Made by a program: the position numbers and the translations under genes
Part shown: piece after piece, positions 44,871-60,783 of the stretch
How the letters are laid out: each line of letters begins with the position of its first letter
Numbering within the stretch: position 1 is the first letter of the stretch
Notes under the pieces: generated by a model
Databases searched by the model: none
The model's input: only the letters and a program-made list of their open reading frames with translations
What the model was told of the DNA's origin: nothing
Source: the human T2T-CHM13v2.0 reference genome, Homo sapiens
NCBI RefSeq assembly: GCF_009914755.1
Contig: NC_060941.1
DNA length: 64,000 nucleotides
Direction: 5' to 3' (one strand)

Positions 44871-45184
44871 TTCTGAGTGTGCTGTGAGCCAGTGCCTTTC
44901 TCTTGTACAGAACATGTCCAGACTGCTGTCTCCAATAGCCTATACCCTCCAGTTCCCTTCTCTCCTGCTCCGTGGAGCTCTGTGGCAGCCATTTCTACTA
45001 CAGTGTGGGCCTTGCATGGGAGCTGTTAGGGAGGCATGTGCACACACACGCACACTCACATGTGTGTGTGTTCATGGGCTGCCTCCAAGAGCTTCGATCC
45101 TGTTTTATGTGATGGCATGCAGGCCTCCCTCCTCTGTTTTATGTGATTGCATGCAGGCCTCCCTCCTCTGATGAAGAATTGCTA

Positions 45185-45553
<369 letters not shown>

Positions 45554-45984
45554 TCATCTGAGAAATGGGAGTGAGGATTGTGGAAGAACCCTGGGTTGGG
45601 CTGAGGGCTGGGCAGGTAGGAGCTAGAATGCCTGGATGTTGTTGCCATGAAGCTAGGAGAGGGCTGGAGGTTCAAGAAGGTTTCTAGATACCTGGGTTGG
45701 GGGAGGGGGTGCAGAGGGAGTGGGGTCAAGGTATGAGGCATGAGTCAAGGGTGTGGGGTTGGAGGGTGGGGTGTGAGAGGTGGGCCCTGGGAAGAGCTGA
45801 GGGACCAGTCTGGGAGGGGTGAGGTGCTTGGTAAGTACTTGGTAGAGGGCGCAGCAGGTACTCTGGCGAGATGCTGGGTACTGCAGCATATATGCAGCGT
45901 GCATGATGAGCTCTAGGTGTTCGGGGCTCTCTGGTGAACGCGCATCACCTTGTTTACCTCCTTTCATACTCCTGTCCACTTCGC

Positions 45985-47175
<1,191 letters not shown>

Positions 47176-48151
47176 GTGGAAGGGGTGATGAGTCTTTATG
47201 GTTTTGTTTTTGTTTTAGAACCATCGTGTTTGAGATCCTAGAGAAGTGTTTGCATAGAGATGACAATAAGTGCCCCTGGGTGTTGAGGAGAAAGGAGGAT
47301 GAGGGGTAAATGGTGTGTGAGCAAGGGTATGAAGAGGGGGTACAGCTGGTCTCCCGAAAGGGGTTCCTTCCTGCCCTGGGCAGAGCACCTCCACCCTCCC
47401 TTCCTCACTCCAGAGGAGCCTGGGGCGGGAAGTCTTCTGCAGGAATCCAGTCTCAGACTCCCTGCCCCTGGCCTGCTTTGGCTTCTCCTCTCCCTTTGGG
47501 GTGCCTGGAGTGTATGTGGGGTGCTCAGAGCATATGTGGGGTGCTCTGTGCCTCGGGAGGGGGCCCCAGGTCTGGCAGGCTGGAGATGATGTCCCTGCTG
47601 GGCAGCTGTCCTCAACCTGAGATTGCCGAGGGTCTGAACTCACCCATGAGAGGGTCCAGATGTCCAGCCTCATCCCTGCTAATTAGTGCAATTAATTAGC
47701 AACTGGCTTCATGGCCCTGGGAGTCCTGAGCTCCTTTCGCACGCTGGAATAGTACTGCAAACAGGTGTCGGGGGAATTATGGGGGTCAGTGAAGGAGATA
47801 GACTGTAGGCTGACCCTTCCCTGGACAGAGAGCCCCCTGCCCAAGAGTGATTGTAGTGGCTTTTCTCTCTTCTGTCTGGCTGGGCCCAGGAAAGCCATGC
47901 CTGGGAAGTGGTGGAATAAAGGGAGGAGGCCCAAGTCCCACAGCCAGAGCTGCAGAAGGAGTAGGAAACACGGTGTCACCTATTCCGGGTTTTTGCAGGA
48001 AACCTGGGCTCTGCCAGAAGATTCCCTGACCCCTGCAGGAGATACAGCCCCTGTCCTGGGAGATGTCCCCAGTTTGATTTTGCAGATACAATCACTGCCC
48101 TAGGGGAGCTCCTGGTCAGATTGGGGAATTAAGTAGAAGACACAAATTTGA

Positions 48152-48542
<391 letters not shown>

Positions 48543-49134
48543 CTAGGGGGAGGAGCTGTCCTGCTGACCTTGAAGGAATAGAGGGCAGATCTCAGCGGGA
48601 TGCCCTTGAACTTCCCGGAAACAGTGAGCCGCAGCACTGAGTTGGGACTCATTTGAGGGAGAGGGTGGCCAAGACACAGTACAGACCAGGCCCGCAAGAG
48701 CCTTCAGACTTCAAGCTGGAGACCGTGGGCACCGCACCCACTCAAGGTTGGGGAGAAAAACCGCCATTGACCTCCATGAATAGGGGCTGGAGGGGTGCGG
48801 GCCCAGCTTGGGGGATAGAATCAGAGAAGCAGCAAGCTCCCACCACTTAGGGAAGATGTTCCTGGTGAACGTCATTGCTACCAACTGGCCATGAGCAAGA
48901 GAAAGAGGGTGGCTGGGGAGAATCACAGTCTGGAGGGAGGTGTTTGGGATGAAGGGATAAGTATTTTCCATTTTGCTTTAGCTTTTTTAAAGGTCCCAGA
49001 GGGGCATTTACATAGAGATGACAAGCTATCAGGAGGGGGTCTGGGGCTGAGGAAGACGGTCAGGCCAGAGGTTAAAGATTCAAGGCAGCCTCAACACCTT
49101 TACCTGGCACTAATGAGATGTTAATAAAGATGTC

Positions 49135-49682
49135 CCTATTCTTCTATGTGTGGTCTATGGAACAGCAGCATCAACACCACTTGAGAGTTTGTCAGAAATG
49201 TAGAATCTTGGGTCCCATCCTGAACTGACTGCTACGGTTTCAATGTCTATGTCCCCTCCAGAATTCATGTTGAAACTGAATCCCCAATGCAACAGGATTA
49301 GGAGGTGGGGCCTGTAGGAGATGATTAAGTCACGAGGCCTCCACCCTCATGAATAGATTAGCACCCTTATAAAAGGGCTTGAAGGAACTAACTAGGCCCT
49401 TTTTGCCCCTCTTTTTTTCTGCCATGTGAGGACACAGTAGCAATGTGCTGTGCTGGAATCAGAGAGCAGCCCTCTCAGACACAGAATTTGCCGGTGCCTT
49501 GATCTTGGACTTCCCAGCCTCTAGAACTGCAAGAAACAAATTTCTATTATTTATATATTACCCAGTCTGTGATATTTTCATTATAGCAGCACAAGTGGAC
49601 TAAGACACGGACTAATCAGATTCTGCATCTTAACAGGATCCTCCAGTGATTCGTGTGCACATTGAAGTTCAACAGGCTCTGC
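49135..49682. mobile_element. MER5A-type DNA transposon split by an LTR
   Basis: tgtggtc...cagcagcatcaacaccacttgagagtttgtcagaaatgtagaatc, resuming as aatcagattctgcatcttaacaggatcctccagtgattcgtgtgcacattgaagtt. Confidence 0.8.
49230..49607 (+). mobile_element. MSTD-like ERVL-MaLR solo LTR
   Basis: TG...CA termini (tgctacggttt...ggactaagaca); 5-bp TSD ctgac/cggac at 49225-49229 and 49608-49612. Confidence 0.87.
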
Positions 49683-49854
49683 TCCAGATGCTATCATTAT
49701 TCTCCTAATTTTATGGTTGAGGAAGCTGAGGCTCTGATGGTGAAGAAGATGGCGAGGCATTGGCTGGAGGGGAGAGTTCAGGTACTTAAAGTACCTGGGT
49801 TTAAAGTTCAAGGGGCATAAGTTTCCCAGTGGGGAGCAGGGAACATATGTTGCA

Positions 49855-50037
49855 CAGTGCTGTGCTAGTAAATGTTTAACAATTGATTTGAGGAATGGGG
49901 GGGAGTCCTGATTTGAAGTGTTTGCCAATTTCCATGGTGTAACTACTCCCACCATGGTGAATTTCAAATTACTAACCTGGTGTCACTGAACATGGCCTTG
50001 GAAAGAGACAACCATGATTGGCTCCAACACACCACTG
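49855..50037. mobile_element. MER63A-like hAT-Blackjack element
   Basis: TIRs cagtgctgtgcta / ccaacacaccactg; internal gtaaatgtttaacaa...ctcccaccatgg. Confidence 0.8.
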
Positions 50038-51049
50038 ATCTATATGTGTACATGTATTTTCTTAGCTTCAGAGAAAAATCCAAAGAAACAGATCCAACCC
50101 CTCCCCCACCAGCTTTAACCTCTGTTCACTCCCACCACACCCCTAAATATGGACAGACAGACAGACTGGCAGACAGATGGATGCTGCTGTGCTAGTACCT
50201 CTGCATGTGATTAGCCTACGGTGTTGCATGTGTCTGTCCCCTTTCTTGGGGATAGGATCAGTGACATGTTGGCCTCTGCCCCGTATCCTAACTAAATGTC
50301 ACCTTCAGCCAGACTGTTCCAGCAGGTTTTCCTCAGAGAGTGAGCGCTGGGAGCTTGGAGCCCAGGCCTGGGTAGATATCAGTGGTCAGACATGCCTAGT
50401 TTACTCTTTTCACCTGGAAACTTGATTTCTCCTAAGCCTGAGACCACTGTGTGGGTGGGGCCCGAGTAAGCAGCCTGGCGCCATGACCCGCCCCAGCTGT
50501 AGCCTGTTCTTCCCATATTACCCAGAGCCTTCCGGGTCTGGGCTGCTGCCCCCCGTCTTTCTTTTGGAAAGTTGAGGACCATGGGACGCCTGCGCAGAGC
50601 TCAAAGCTCTAGCTTCTAGTCTTCCGTTGCTGCTTATTCATGGGTGGTCCTGGGAACCCATTTATGACATTTACACACTTGTTTAGGGTGCTTTTGCATT
50701 CATGAAACGCTTGGATGTACATTGTCTCATTTCATCCTGATAAGAATCCTGCAGGGCAAGTGCTATTATACTTTATTTTTTCTTTTTAAATTCATTAGAA
50801 TATTGAACTTTTTTAGTCAGCAGAGGAAGCAGGGCCTTCGTGGCATTAAGAGAATTGTGTGACGTCACCAGGCTGGGAAGGGCTGGGCTGCACTGCAGCT
50901 GAGGTTCAGTTTACCCACCAGTAAGCGAGATGAGCAGACTCAGTTCTCTTTAAAGTCTCTTCCAGCTCTGACATTCTGGACATTGGAAAGGTCAGGGGAA
51001 AAAATGCCAGGAGCTCTTTTATTTTTTTAAACAGGGACATTCCGCAGAG

Positions 51050-52565
51050 TGGACTGGGTGTCTGCGAGTGCATGGATATGTGTGTGCATGTGTGTGGATG
51101 GGTAGACATGAGTGTGTGAGAATGCGGCTGTATTGAGGGTACATGAATGTGGATGTGTGTGTAGGCGCCAAGGTGTGCCTCTGGGTGTTGGTATTGTGTG
51201 TACAGGTGTGGTTGCATCTGTGTGTGCAAGGTGTGTAGGTGCATAGGTGTTGCTGTGGGTGCAGGGTGCTGTATGACAGTGAGTGTGCCAGTGTGTGACG
51301 GAGTGTGTGTGGATATGTGAATAGGTGTGTATATGTGAGTACCAGTGTGCAACAGAGTGTGAGTGTGGATGTGTGAATAGGTGTGTATAGTGACTGTGCT
51401 GGTGTGTGATGGAGTGTGAGTGGATGTGTGAATAGGTGTGTATGGTGACTGTGCTGGTGTGTGATGGAGTATGAGTGTGGATGTGTGAGTAGGTGTGTGT
51501 AGAGACTGTGCTGGTGTGTAACAGAGTGTGAGTGTGGATGTGTGAGTAGGTGTGTATAGTGACTGTGCCGGTAACAGAGTGTGTGCATGTGTGAATAGGT
51601 GTGTATAGTGAGTGTGCCAGTGTGTGATGGAATGTGAGTGTACATGTGTGAATAGGTGTGTATAGTGAGTGTGCCAGTGGGTGATGCAGTGTGAATGTGG
51701 ATGTGTGAGTGTGTATATGTGAGCGTGGATGTGTGAATAGGTATGTATAGTGAATGTGCCTATAGTATAGTGTATATGTATAGTGTATATGTGAGTGTGG
51801 ATGTGTGAATAGGTATGTATAGTGAATGTGTGACAGAGTGTGAGTGTGGATGTGTGAATAGGTGTGTATAGTGACTGGTGGTGTGCGACGGAGTGTGAGT
51901 GTGGATGTGTGAATAGGTGTGTATAGTGAGTGTGCCAGTGTGTGGTGGAACGTGAGTGTGGATGTGTGAGGTGTGCATAGTGAGTGTGCTGGTGTGTGAG
52001 GGAGTGTGAATGTGGATGTGTGAGTAGGTGTGTATATGTGTGGATGTGTGACTAGGTTTGTACAGTGAGTGTGCTGGTGTGATGGAGTGTGAGCGTGGAT
52101 GTGTGAGTAGGTATGTATAGTGAGTGTGCCGGTGTGTGATGTGAGTTTGGATTTGTGAATAGGTGTGTAGAGTGTGCTAGTGTGTGACGAGTGTGAGTGT
52201 GGATGTGAATAGGTGTGTGTAGTGAGTGTGCTGGTGTGTGGAGTGTGAGTGTGGATGTGTGAGTAGGTGTGTATAGTGAGTGTGCCAGTGTGTGACAGAG
52301 TATGAGTGTGGATGTGTGAATAGGTATGTATAGTGAGTGTGCCAGTGTGTGACGGAGTGTGAGTGTGGATGTGTGAGTAGGTGTGTATAGTGAGTGTGCT
52401 GGTGTGTGACAAAGTGTGGATGTGTGAATAGGTGTGTGTAGTGAGTGTGCTGGTGTGTGGAGTGTGAGTGTGGATGTGTGAGTAGGTGTGTATAGTGAGT
52501 GTGCCAGTGTGTGACGGAGTGTGAGTATGGATGTGTGAATAGATGTGTATAGCGAGTGAGTGTAT
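51050..52565 (+). repeat. TG-rich minisatellite (VNTR-like), 57-bp unit, roughly 20+ copies
   Basis: Unit gtgtgagtgtggatgtgtgagtaggtgtgtatagtgagtgtgccagtgtgtgacgga; taggt recurs at 52321 and 52378. Confidence 0.93.
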
Positions 52566-52749
52566 ATTGGGAGAGAGAAAACGTGGCGCAGCACCAATTG
52601 ACGTCTGTCTGTCCCTCCACCTCTCCCAGCACCCTCGTCCCCTCCTCCCCACCCTGTGGTCCCTTCGTCCTGATCCTCAAAGGCTCTGTGGGGGTTCTGC
52701 GGCTGAACGCCTGCCTGCCTCCTCCCCTTCCCCCACTGAGGGCCAGGAC

Positions 52750-53095
52750 ACACTCCCGGCCGGAGCGGGTGGCCACAGTCCCTTTCCCCTGGGCCAGTGC
52801 CTGCGACGGGTGCTGGATTAGCCGAGGAGTGATACAATGGCACATACGGTCCTGAGTGCCGGGTGCGGCCCAGGGCCCCTTACTCAGTGCCATCGGGATT
52901 AGAGCTAATGAGTTGGAAGAAGTTAACAATGCTTCGGGCCAGCGGAGGCCCAGGAGACCTCTCAGGCCCCGCGCTGTGGCCGCCTTTCACCACTGAGGTG
53001 TAATCCGCTTTGAAATCAAAGGTGGTACAAAGTATGAATTTAAATTTGACATTTACGGCTCCGGTGAGATGACGTATTCTGGAAAGGTCTCTTCT
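52750..53095. promoter_or_regulatory. CpG-rich candidate enhancer
   Basis: Inverted TCF/LEF-type pair ctttgaaatcaaag, three GGATTA/TAATCC sites, tgacatttacgg. Confidence 0.55.
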
Positions 53096-53429
53096 TCTTT
53101 AAGGGGGCTGGGGGTGGGGGAGAAGGCAGGGGGAGGGGAGGAGAGTGAAGCCATCTGCTCTGAGAGGAAGGCCCAGGCTTGTCCAGGCCTGGCCAACTTT
53201 CCCCCCATGGCTTGGGCTGGGGGAAAGGGGTGGGGTGGGAGTTTTGGGGGCAGATGAGAAGAAGGAGGGGGTGGCATCATTCATCCTCCCAGCCTCAATT
53301 TAGAGGGTCCCCCTAGTATAGGGCTCCCTGATCCCTAGGAAGGAGTCCCTAAGAAGACAAAGCCGAATTCTTGTCAAAAAGATCTTTAGCCCCATTTTTT
53401 TTTCCTGTTGGATTTTTAAAGTTTTTTTA

Positions 53430-54561
<1,132 letters not shown>

Positions 54562-55179
54562 TGAGGCTCTCACTCCCCAGCGTGCTGTGGTATCCTGCGT
54601 CCTTCTCCATTTGGCCCCAGCCCCTCTAGGCTTTTATCCTGCCCCGCCCCCACCCTCACACTCCCAGCAGCCTCTGCGACTCCCACATTTCCCAGACATC
54701 TCCTGGACTCTGCTGACTGTGGACTGGGTGGAAGAAGGGGAGGCATCTGCTATGTGTGGGGCACCAGGACTCCCTCAGCCCACCTCGCTGAGTCCCTTTC
54801 CTCACATCCCGCCACGATTTCTCCTACTCACTCTTCCAGGCCAGACAGCAGCCACTCTGGGCTCCCCGAGAACCATTCCATGTCCCAGCATTGAGCTCCT
54901 CATAGTGGATGGTAACTGTGAGCTCCATTGTCAGGGTCTTTTCCAAGAGCAGGAGCTGTGTTCACTCCCTTCCCAGGGGCCCTCAGCAAGGAGCCCTGGG
55001 TCAGGCAGGTGCTCCTTGCATTTTCTTTGATCCTCACTCTGCCACATCTCTGACATTGGTTTGGGAGAGGGAGAAGGGATGGGAGAACACTGACCCTTGC
55101 TGACATGTATTGGGCACTTACTATGTCCCAGGCCATGCTAAGCCCTTTGCTGGCATTGTCTGTCTCAACTTCACAGTAA

Positions 55180-55928
<749 letters not shown>

Positions 55929-57104
55929 TGATGGACACTCTTGGGCCCTCCCAAGCCTTCCCTTCTGGATTTTCATACCATTTCATCCCACATCTTGCCC
56001 CCAAGTTGGGTAGGGGTGATGAACAGAAAATAACATCTGCCCCCTTACCCAAGCATAGGCCTTAGGTAGCCCAAGCTCCTCCACAAGAGTGTGTGACTCC
56101 TCTATGTGGTAAGGAAAGGGTGAGGGATTCTTCTCCCTCTGCTACAGATGAAGGAATGGAGACTTGGAGACATTAAGCAACTTGTCTAATGTTACACAGA
56201 CAGCGGGGATGGAGATAGGGCTTAGTCTCAGATCTTCTGCTCTCAAATCCAGAGCTCTTTGCTTTAATCAAGTTGCCTCCTTAGAAGCAGAGCTGGTTTC
56301 ATCCACCTGTAGCAGGCATTTACAAACACAACCCCAACCTTAGTCAACCTTAGGTTGACTTTCCTCCGCCCCTAAGTTTTCTCACCCCTAAAGTGGGAAT
56401 CAAGAAACCTACCTCCCCCAGTTGCTATGAGAGGTTATAAGGAATGAGAAGCACCTAGCTCAGTGCCCGGCACATGGAAGGTGCTCCATAAATTACTTTC
56501 CCTTCGCTCTTTTAGCACAATCTCTCCCCACTTTTCTTGGGGGTCTGCCATGGTGGGAAATGAGAATTTCTGGTTGGGGAGGTAGTCGACCGCGTTTGAA
56601 GTGACAGTGACAGATGGGAGGGTGGCTCTCCCAGGCGCCTGGCCAGCCCCACGGTGCGTGTCCACCAGTCCCCGGACATTCCCTCCCTCTTCCTGGCCCA
56701 CGATGAGGTGTCATTTGCCGCCTGTCCCTTCTCGTCATCGATTTCTAAGTCGTTAATTAACGGGGCTTGTCAGCTGGGAAGATGAATTCTGTCCTCGGCT
56801 CTCGGGGTCTTTTGTTTTGGGATTGTAAATGTTATAGATCTCCCATGATGGAAGGCCATGAGGTCAGGGGGTGCTGGGCTGCCCAGTGGCGGTGGCAGGC
56901 AGTGAGAGGAGCTTGTGGGCCTGGCTGGATCTCGCTAGTCTGGGACAGGCCCCCAGGAGCCTTCACAGCAGCCTCTATTGGCTTGGCTCCCTGGGGATGG
57001 GGTGGGAGGGAGAGGGGAGTTTTCCTGCCATCTAAAGCTTTCTTCTGTGAGAAGCTGCCCTGTGCCAAATGGTATAGATTCAGCCATGCCCAGGATGGGG
57101 ACTG

Positions 57105-57370
57105 GCTGGAGGGGATATAGACTCTACTCAGTTTGATGGGGGAGATAGCATTATCCTCAGGGATTAGCTAGTCTGATGGGGGAGACAGTGTTATCCTTGG
57201 GTAATAACCGGTCTGATGAAGGAGTCATAGCTCTGGCTTGGGAGAGCCCTTAGTCTAATAGGGGAGACCGAATTCCTGTTTTAGGAGAACCCATAATCAG
57301 ATGGGAGAGGTACAAGTCTGCCTTGGGAACCCCTAGTCTGATGGAAAAAAATGAGACCCTGTCCTTGGGC
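57105..57370 (+). repeat. Degenerate ~40-bp tandem array (about 6 units)
   Basis: Recurring (a/g)gtctgatgggggagacag...cc(t)tggg unit. Confidence 0.75.
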
Positions 57371-60300
57371 ACTTATAGGCATTGAGAAAATAAGATATTT
57401 TCAGGCAAAAGTTCACTCATAACTTGACTTAAGTGGATTTGGGTCCTCTATGTCCTGATACCTGAGGCAAACCACTCCCTGAGCCAGCGGGTCCCCTACG
57501 CTGAGGGAATCCAGGCCATCCCTCGGCCTCTCATGCAAGATAAGATCTCAGGGAAGGGAAATGATTTCACCATCAGCTGAGCTGAGTTTCAGGAGGGTAA
57601 AACTGATGCCTAAGAACAAGGATTGATATAAAAATGAAAAATTGTATACTTGGCTTTTGATGACTTGAACTGCAAATGGGTATGTGTTACGGGAAGAGCT
57701 TACAGAACACTGACAAATAGCCATGGAGTGGCCACATACATGAAGGAGAACTGGCTTCTCTATGCAAAGGGAAGCTGGGGGTGGGGAGGGGAGGACATGC
57801 TGTCAGTTTTCTGGGTGCTGAGAGCCACTCTGTCCTGCGGCTGAGTAGGGTCTGGCTGCACGTGGACTAGAATCCAGGATAGGCCCTCAGGAAACCTGGT
57901 TTGGGCATCAAGATTGCTTCTATCTTGCTGTGCAAACTTGGGGATTTTTTTCCCTGTCTCTGGGTCTCTGTATTGCAAAAGGAGTAGATCAAAGGTGTGG
58001 GCCCCCCACCTCCAACTCTCAGAAGCAGCATGGGTGGAGCTCAGGCTTCCATGCCACCAGGGATTTGAGTTTGGTTGTGATCTATTGCTTTGGCCAAGTA
58101 GCTCAACCCGTTTGAACTTCATTTCTTTATCTATACATTGGAGATGACAGCAGCACACAGTTTTTAAGGTTGTTGTGATATTGTGGGTAAAGTGCGTACA
58201 GCAGGGCCAGGCTCAGTATGTGTGGCTGTCGTTGTTATTATTTAGGAGAACCCACAATCAGATGGCAGAGATACAGCTCTGCCTTGGGAACCCCTCAGTC
58301 TGATGGAAAAAGACAGACCCTATCCTAGGGAGTTTGGACATTGAGAGAATAAGATATTTGCAGGCAAAAATCCATGCATAACTTGGCTGAAGTACATTTG
58401 GATCCTCTGTGTCCTGGTACTGATGACATTACTAGTAAACAAGGGCCTTAGAGAACCCTTGGCTCACAGGGACCAGCAGGCCCAGTGTGCTGCCCCGAGC
58501 CCTGTGGCTGGAGGAACTGCTTTCAGCTCACTGAACGTTTACAGGAACTTCAGGTCTTGTCCCCCCAACCTCGGTCATTTTATCACCCAGTCCTGTTTCT
58601 GATCCCTGGGACCCTGATCTAGGGAGTAACCTTGATGCCTACCTGCTGCTGGAGGTGGGCAGAAGAGATGTGCCCCCAGCCCGGACCTCTCAGAAGCGGC
58701 CTGGCTCCCAGGTTCCTGCCGGAGCTGGAGAAAACCTAGCCTGGTTTGGGCAATGGTTCCTGGGGAGGGGGGTGGCCTCAGCCTTGGGGTAAGTCTGGGA
58801 GGGAACAAGGAGGCAGAGGCAAAGTCTTGCTGCTGCTGGTGGTAGGAGGCCTTCCAGGAGCCTATGCTTTCAGGCTGAGGTGGGGAGGGGGCCTTTGCTG
58901 TGGGACAGCCCCAGGAGGGACAGGGACACTGTGTCAGCCACCACCCACCCCCTCTGCCTTATGAATGAATGGGTCTAGGATAGCAGGCCCCATTCTTGGC
59001 CTCCTCCAGAAGTGGGGAGTAGGAGAGGGGAAGCCTAACATGACTCGAATGCAGGGTGCTGCTTGTGGAGCCAGAAAATGCGTGCCAGCCCTGGATGTGA
59101 AGTCAAGTCCAGGGGCACAGGTGTGGAGAGGTGCCCCCTTAGGTTCCTCCTAAACCCTTAGGTGCCACCTGACCCAAGCCCCCATTTTACAGATGAAGGA
59201 ACTGACACCTGGAAAGGGCCAGACATTTACCCAGAGCCGGGACCAGAATCCAGACTTCTGGGCTCGTAGCCCAGGGCTCTTTCCCCATCACCACGTGGTG
59301 GAATAAGGCCAGGACTCCACAGCCTCCTTTCTGTGCAATCTGGGTCCCCATGGCCATTTTGGTCATCCCCCAATGTCCCATTGGACAAAACTGGAGGTTA
59401 AGGCGAGTGGCTGTGGAATGAGCCGCTGTGGGAGGTGCAGCTTCCTGGCTTCCCCTTCCGGAGGTCTCAGGGTTCAGGGAAGCCACGGTGTGGTGGGCAG
59501 GGTGATGGGGACTGTAGCAGAGGATGCCCGCTGGGAGGCAGAAGAGCCCTGCCTGGGGGCAGGGGATGAGGGGTGTTGGTGAACGTCTGGGGTCCCCGCC
59601 CCAGGCCTGGGGTGAGACGACTCCTCCGTGCGGGCTGCAGGTGCCTGCTTTCCTCCTGCAGAGGTGGCCACCGAGGCTCCTGCTATAAATCATGAGCTAA
59701 GGGGCTGGAATCAGGGAGGAGGAGCTGGGCGGGGCGCTGTTGGGGAAATTTACAGTGGTGATTTTCTTCTCCAGACTGGGAGCTGAGGGAGCTGTAGTAA
59801 CTCTGCCATGGCTCCTTGTCCGTATCACCCATGCCCCCCTCCGGAGGCTCCATTGACCTCACAGGAGCAGGGGTGAGGTTAGCACAGGGAGGATGCAGGA
59901 GAGACTTCAGCCAGAAGGTCCCAGACACTGGGATGGTCTGAGTATACAGAAATGGGTGAGTGCTGGAGGCAGCAATGTGCAGAGGCAGGGGTGAATGGGA
60001 TAGACTATGGGGTACCACTTAGCCATTTAACAAATAGCAGGTGCCTTGCATGTGCCAGCTTTGCCTGTGCCAGGTGCTGCCAAGCATGACAGATGTGAGC
60101 CAAACCCTCTGGAGCCCAGGGGCAAGATGGACTTTAATGGAATAAACTGGAAACACATCCTCCCTGGGGATGGTGAGCCTCCTTGCTGATTCCTTATGGC
60201 CAGAGGGAATCTGGAGGAATCACTGCCCTCCAGTGTCTGGGCCAGGTCTGAGGCCCGGGAGCTGCCTTCCTGGCCCACGCTGACCTCCATTGAGGTCTTA

Positions 60301-60783
60301 ATTACAGCTGCCTTTCCCATTCCGGCCTCTCATGGTGACATCTTCATACGGCTCTGGGACCATCGAGTTTCCTGATCTCTTCTCCTGGTCTCTTCCAACC
60401 CAGTCTCAGGGGTCCCAGCTTTCTCTAAGGTAAAGCCTGGCCCTGTCTGGACATGGAGAAAGCCCTATCCCCCTCTCCTCCCCGACTTCTCAGAATACCC
60501 AGGTTTCCAGGGCAAGGGCTCAGGAAAGATGCTACTGGAGCAACAGAGGTGAGGGGAGAAGGAAAAGGGGCAGAGGCACCTCTGTGGCACTCAGAGAATA
60601 ATTTGAGATGCCGAACAAAGATTCCAGACCCAGAGGTAGCCTGGGGAGGAAGAAAGAGTGCCACAGACATCTGGAGGCCTGATTCGTGGCTTGGCAACCT
60701 ATCAGCTAGCTGTGTAACCTTGGGCAAGTCACAGAGCCTCAGTTTCTTATCTGTAAAATGGGGTTAAAAACAGCCAACATTGT

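Noticed and set aside
51027-52652. 541-aa His/Thr-rich ORF with HTYSHIHTHTPSHTGTLTI repeats
   Set aside because: Artefact of the 57-bp (19-codon) TG-rich VNTR; overlapping frames are also open, and it has no ATG start or protein homology I recognise
56342-56360. 9-bp inverted repeat agtcaacct-t-aggttgact
   Set aside because: Short, isolated and at the edge of a MIR-like fragment; no supporting context
57105-57370. CRISPR-like repeat-spacer appearance
   Set aside because: Eukaryotic context, units diverge along their whole length, no unique spacers or cas genes
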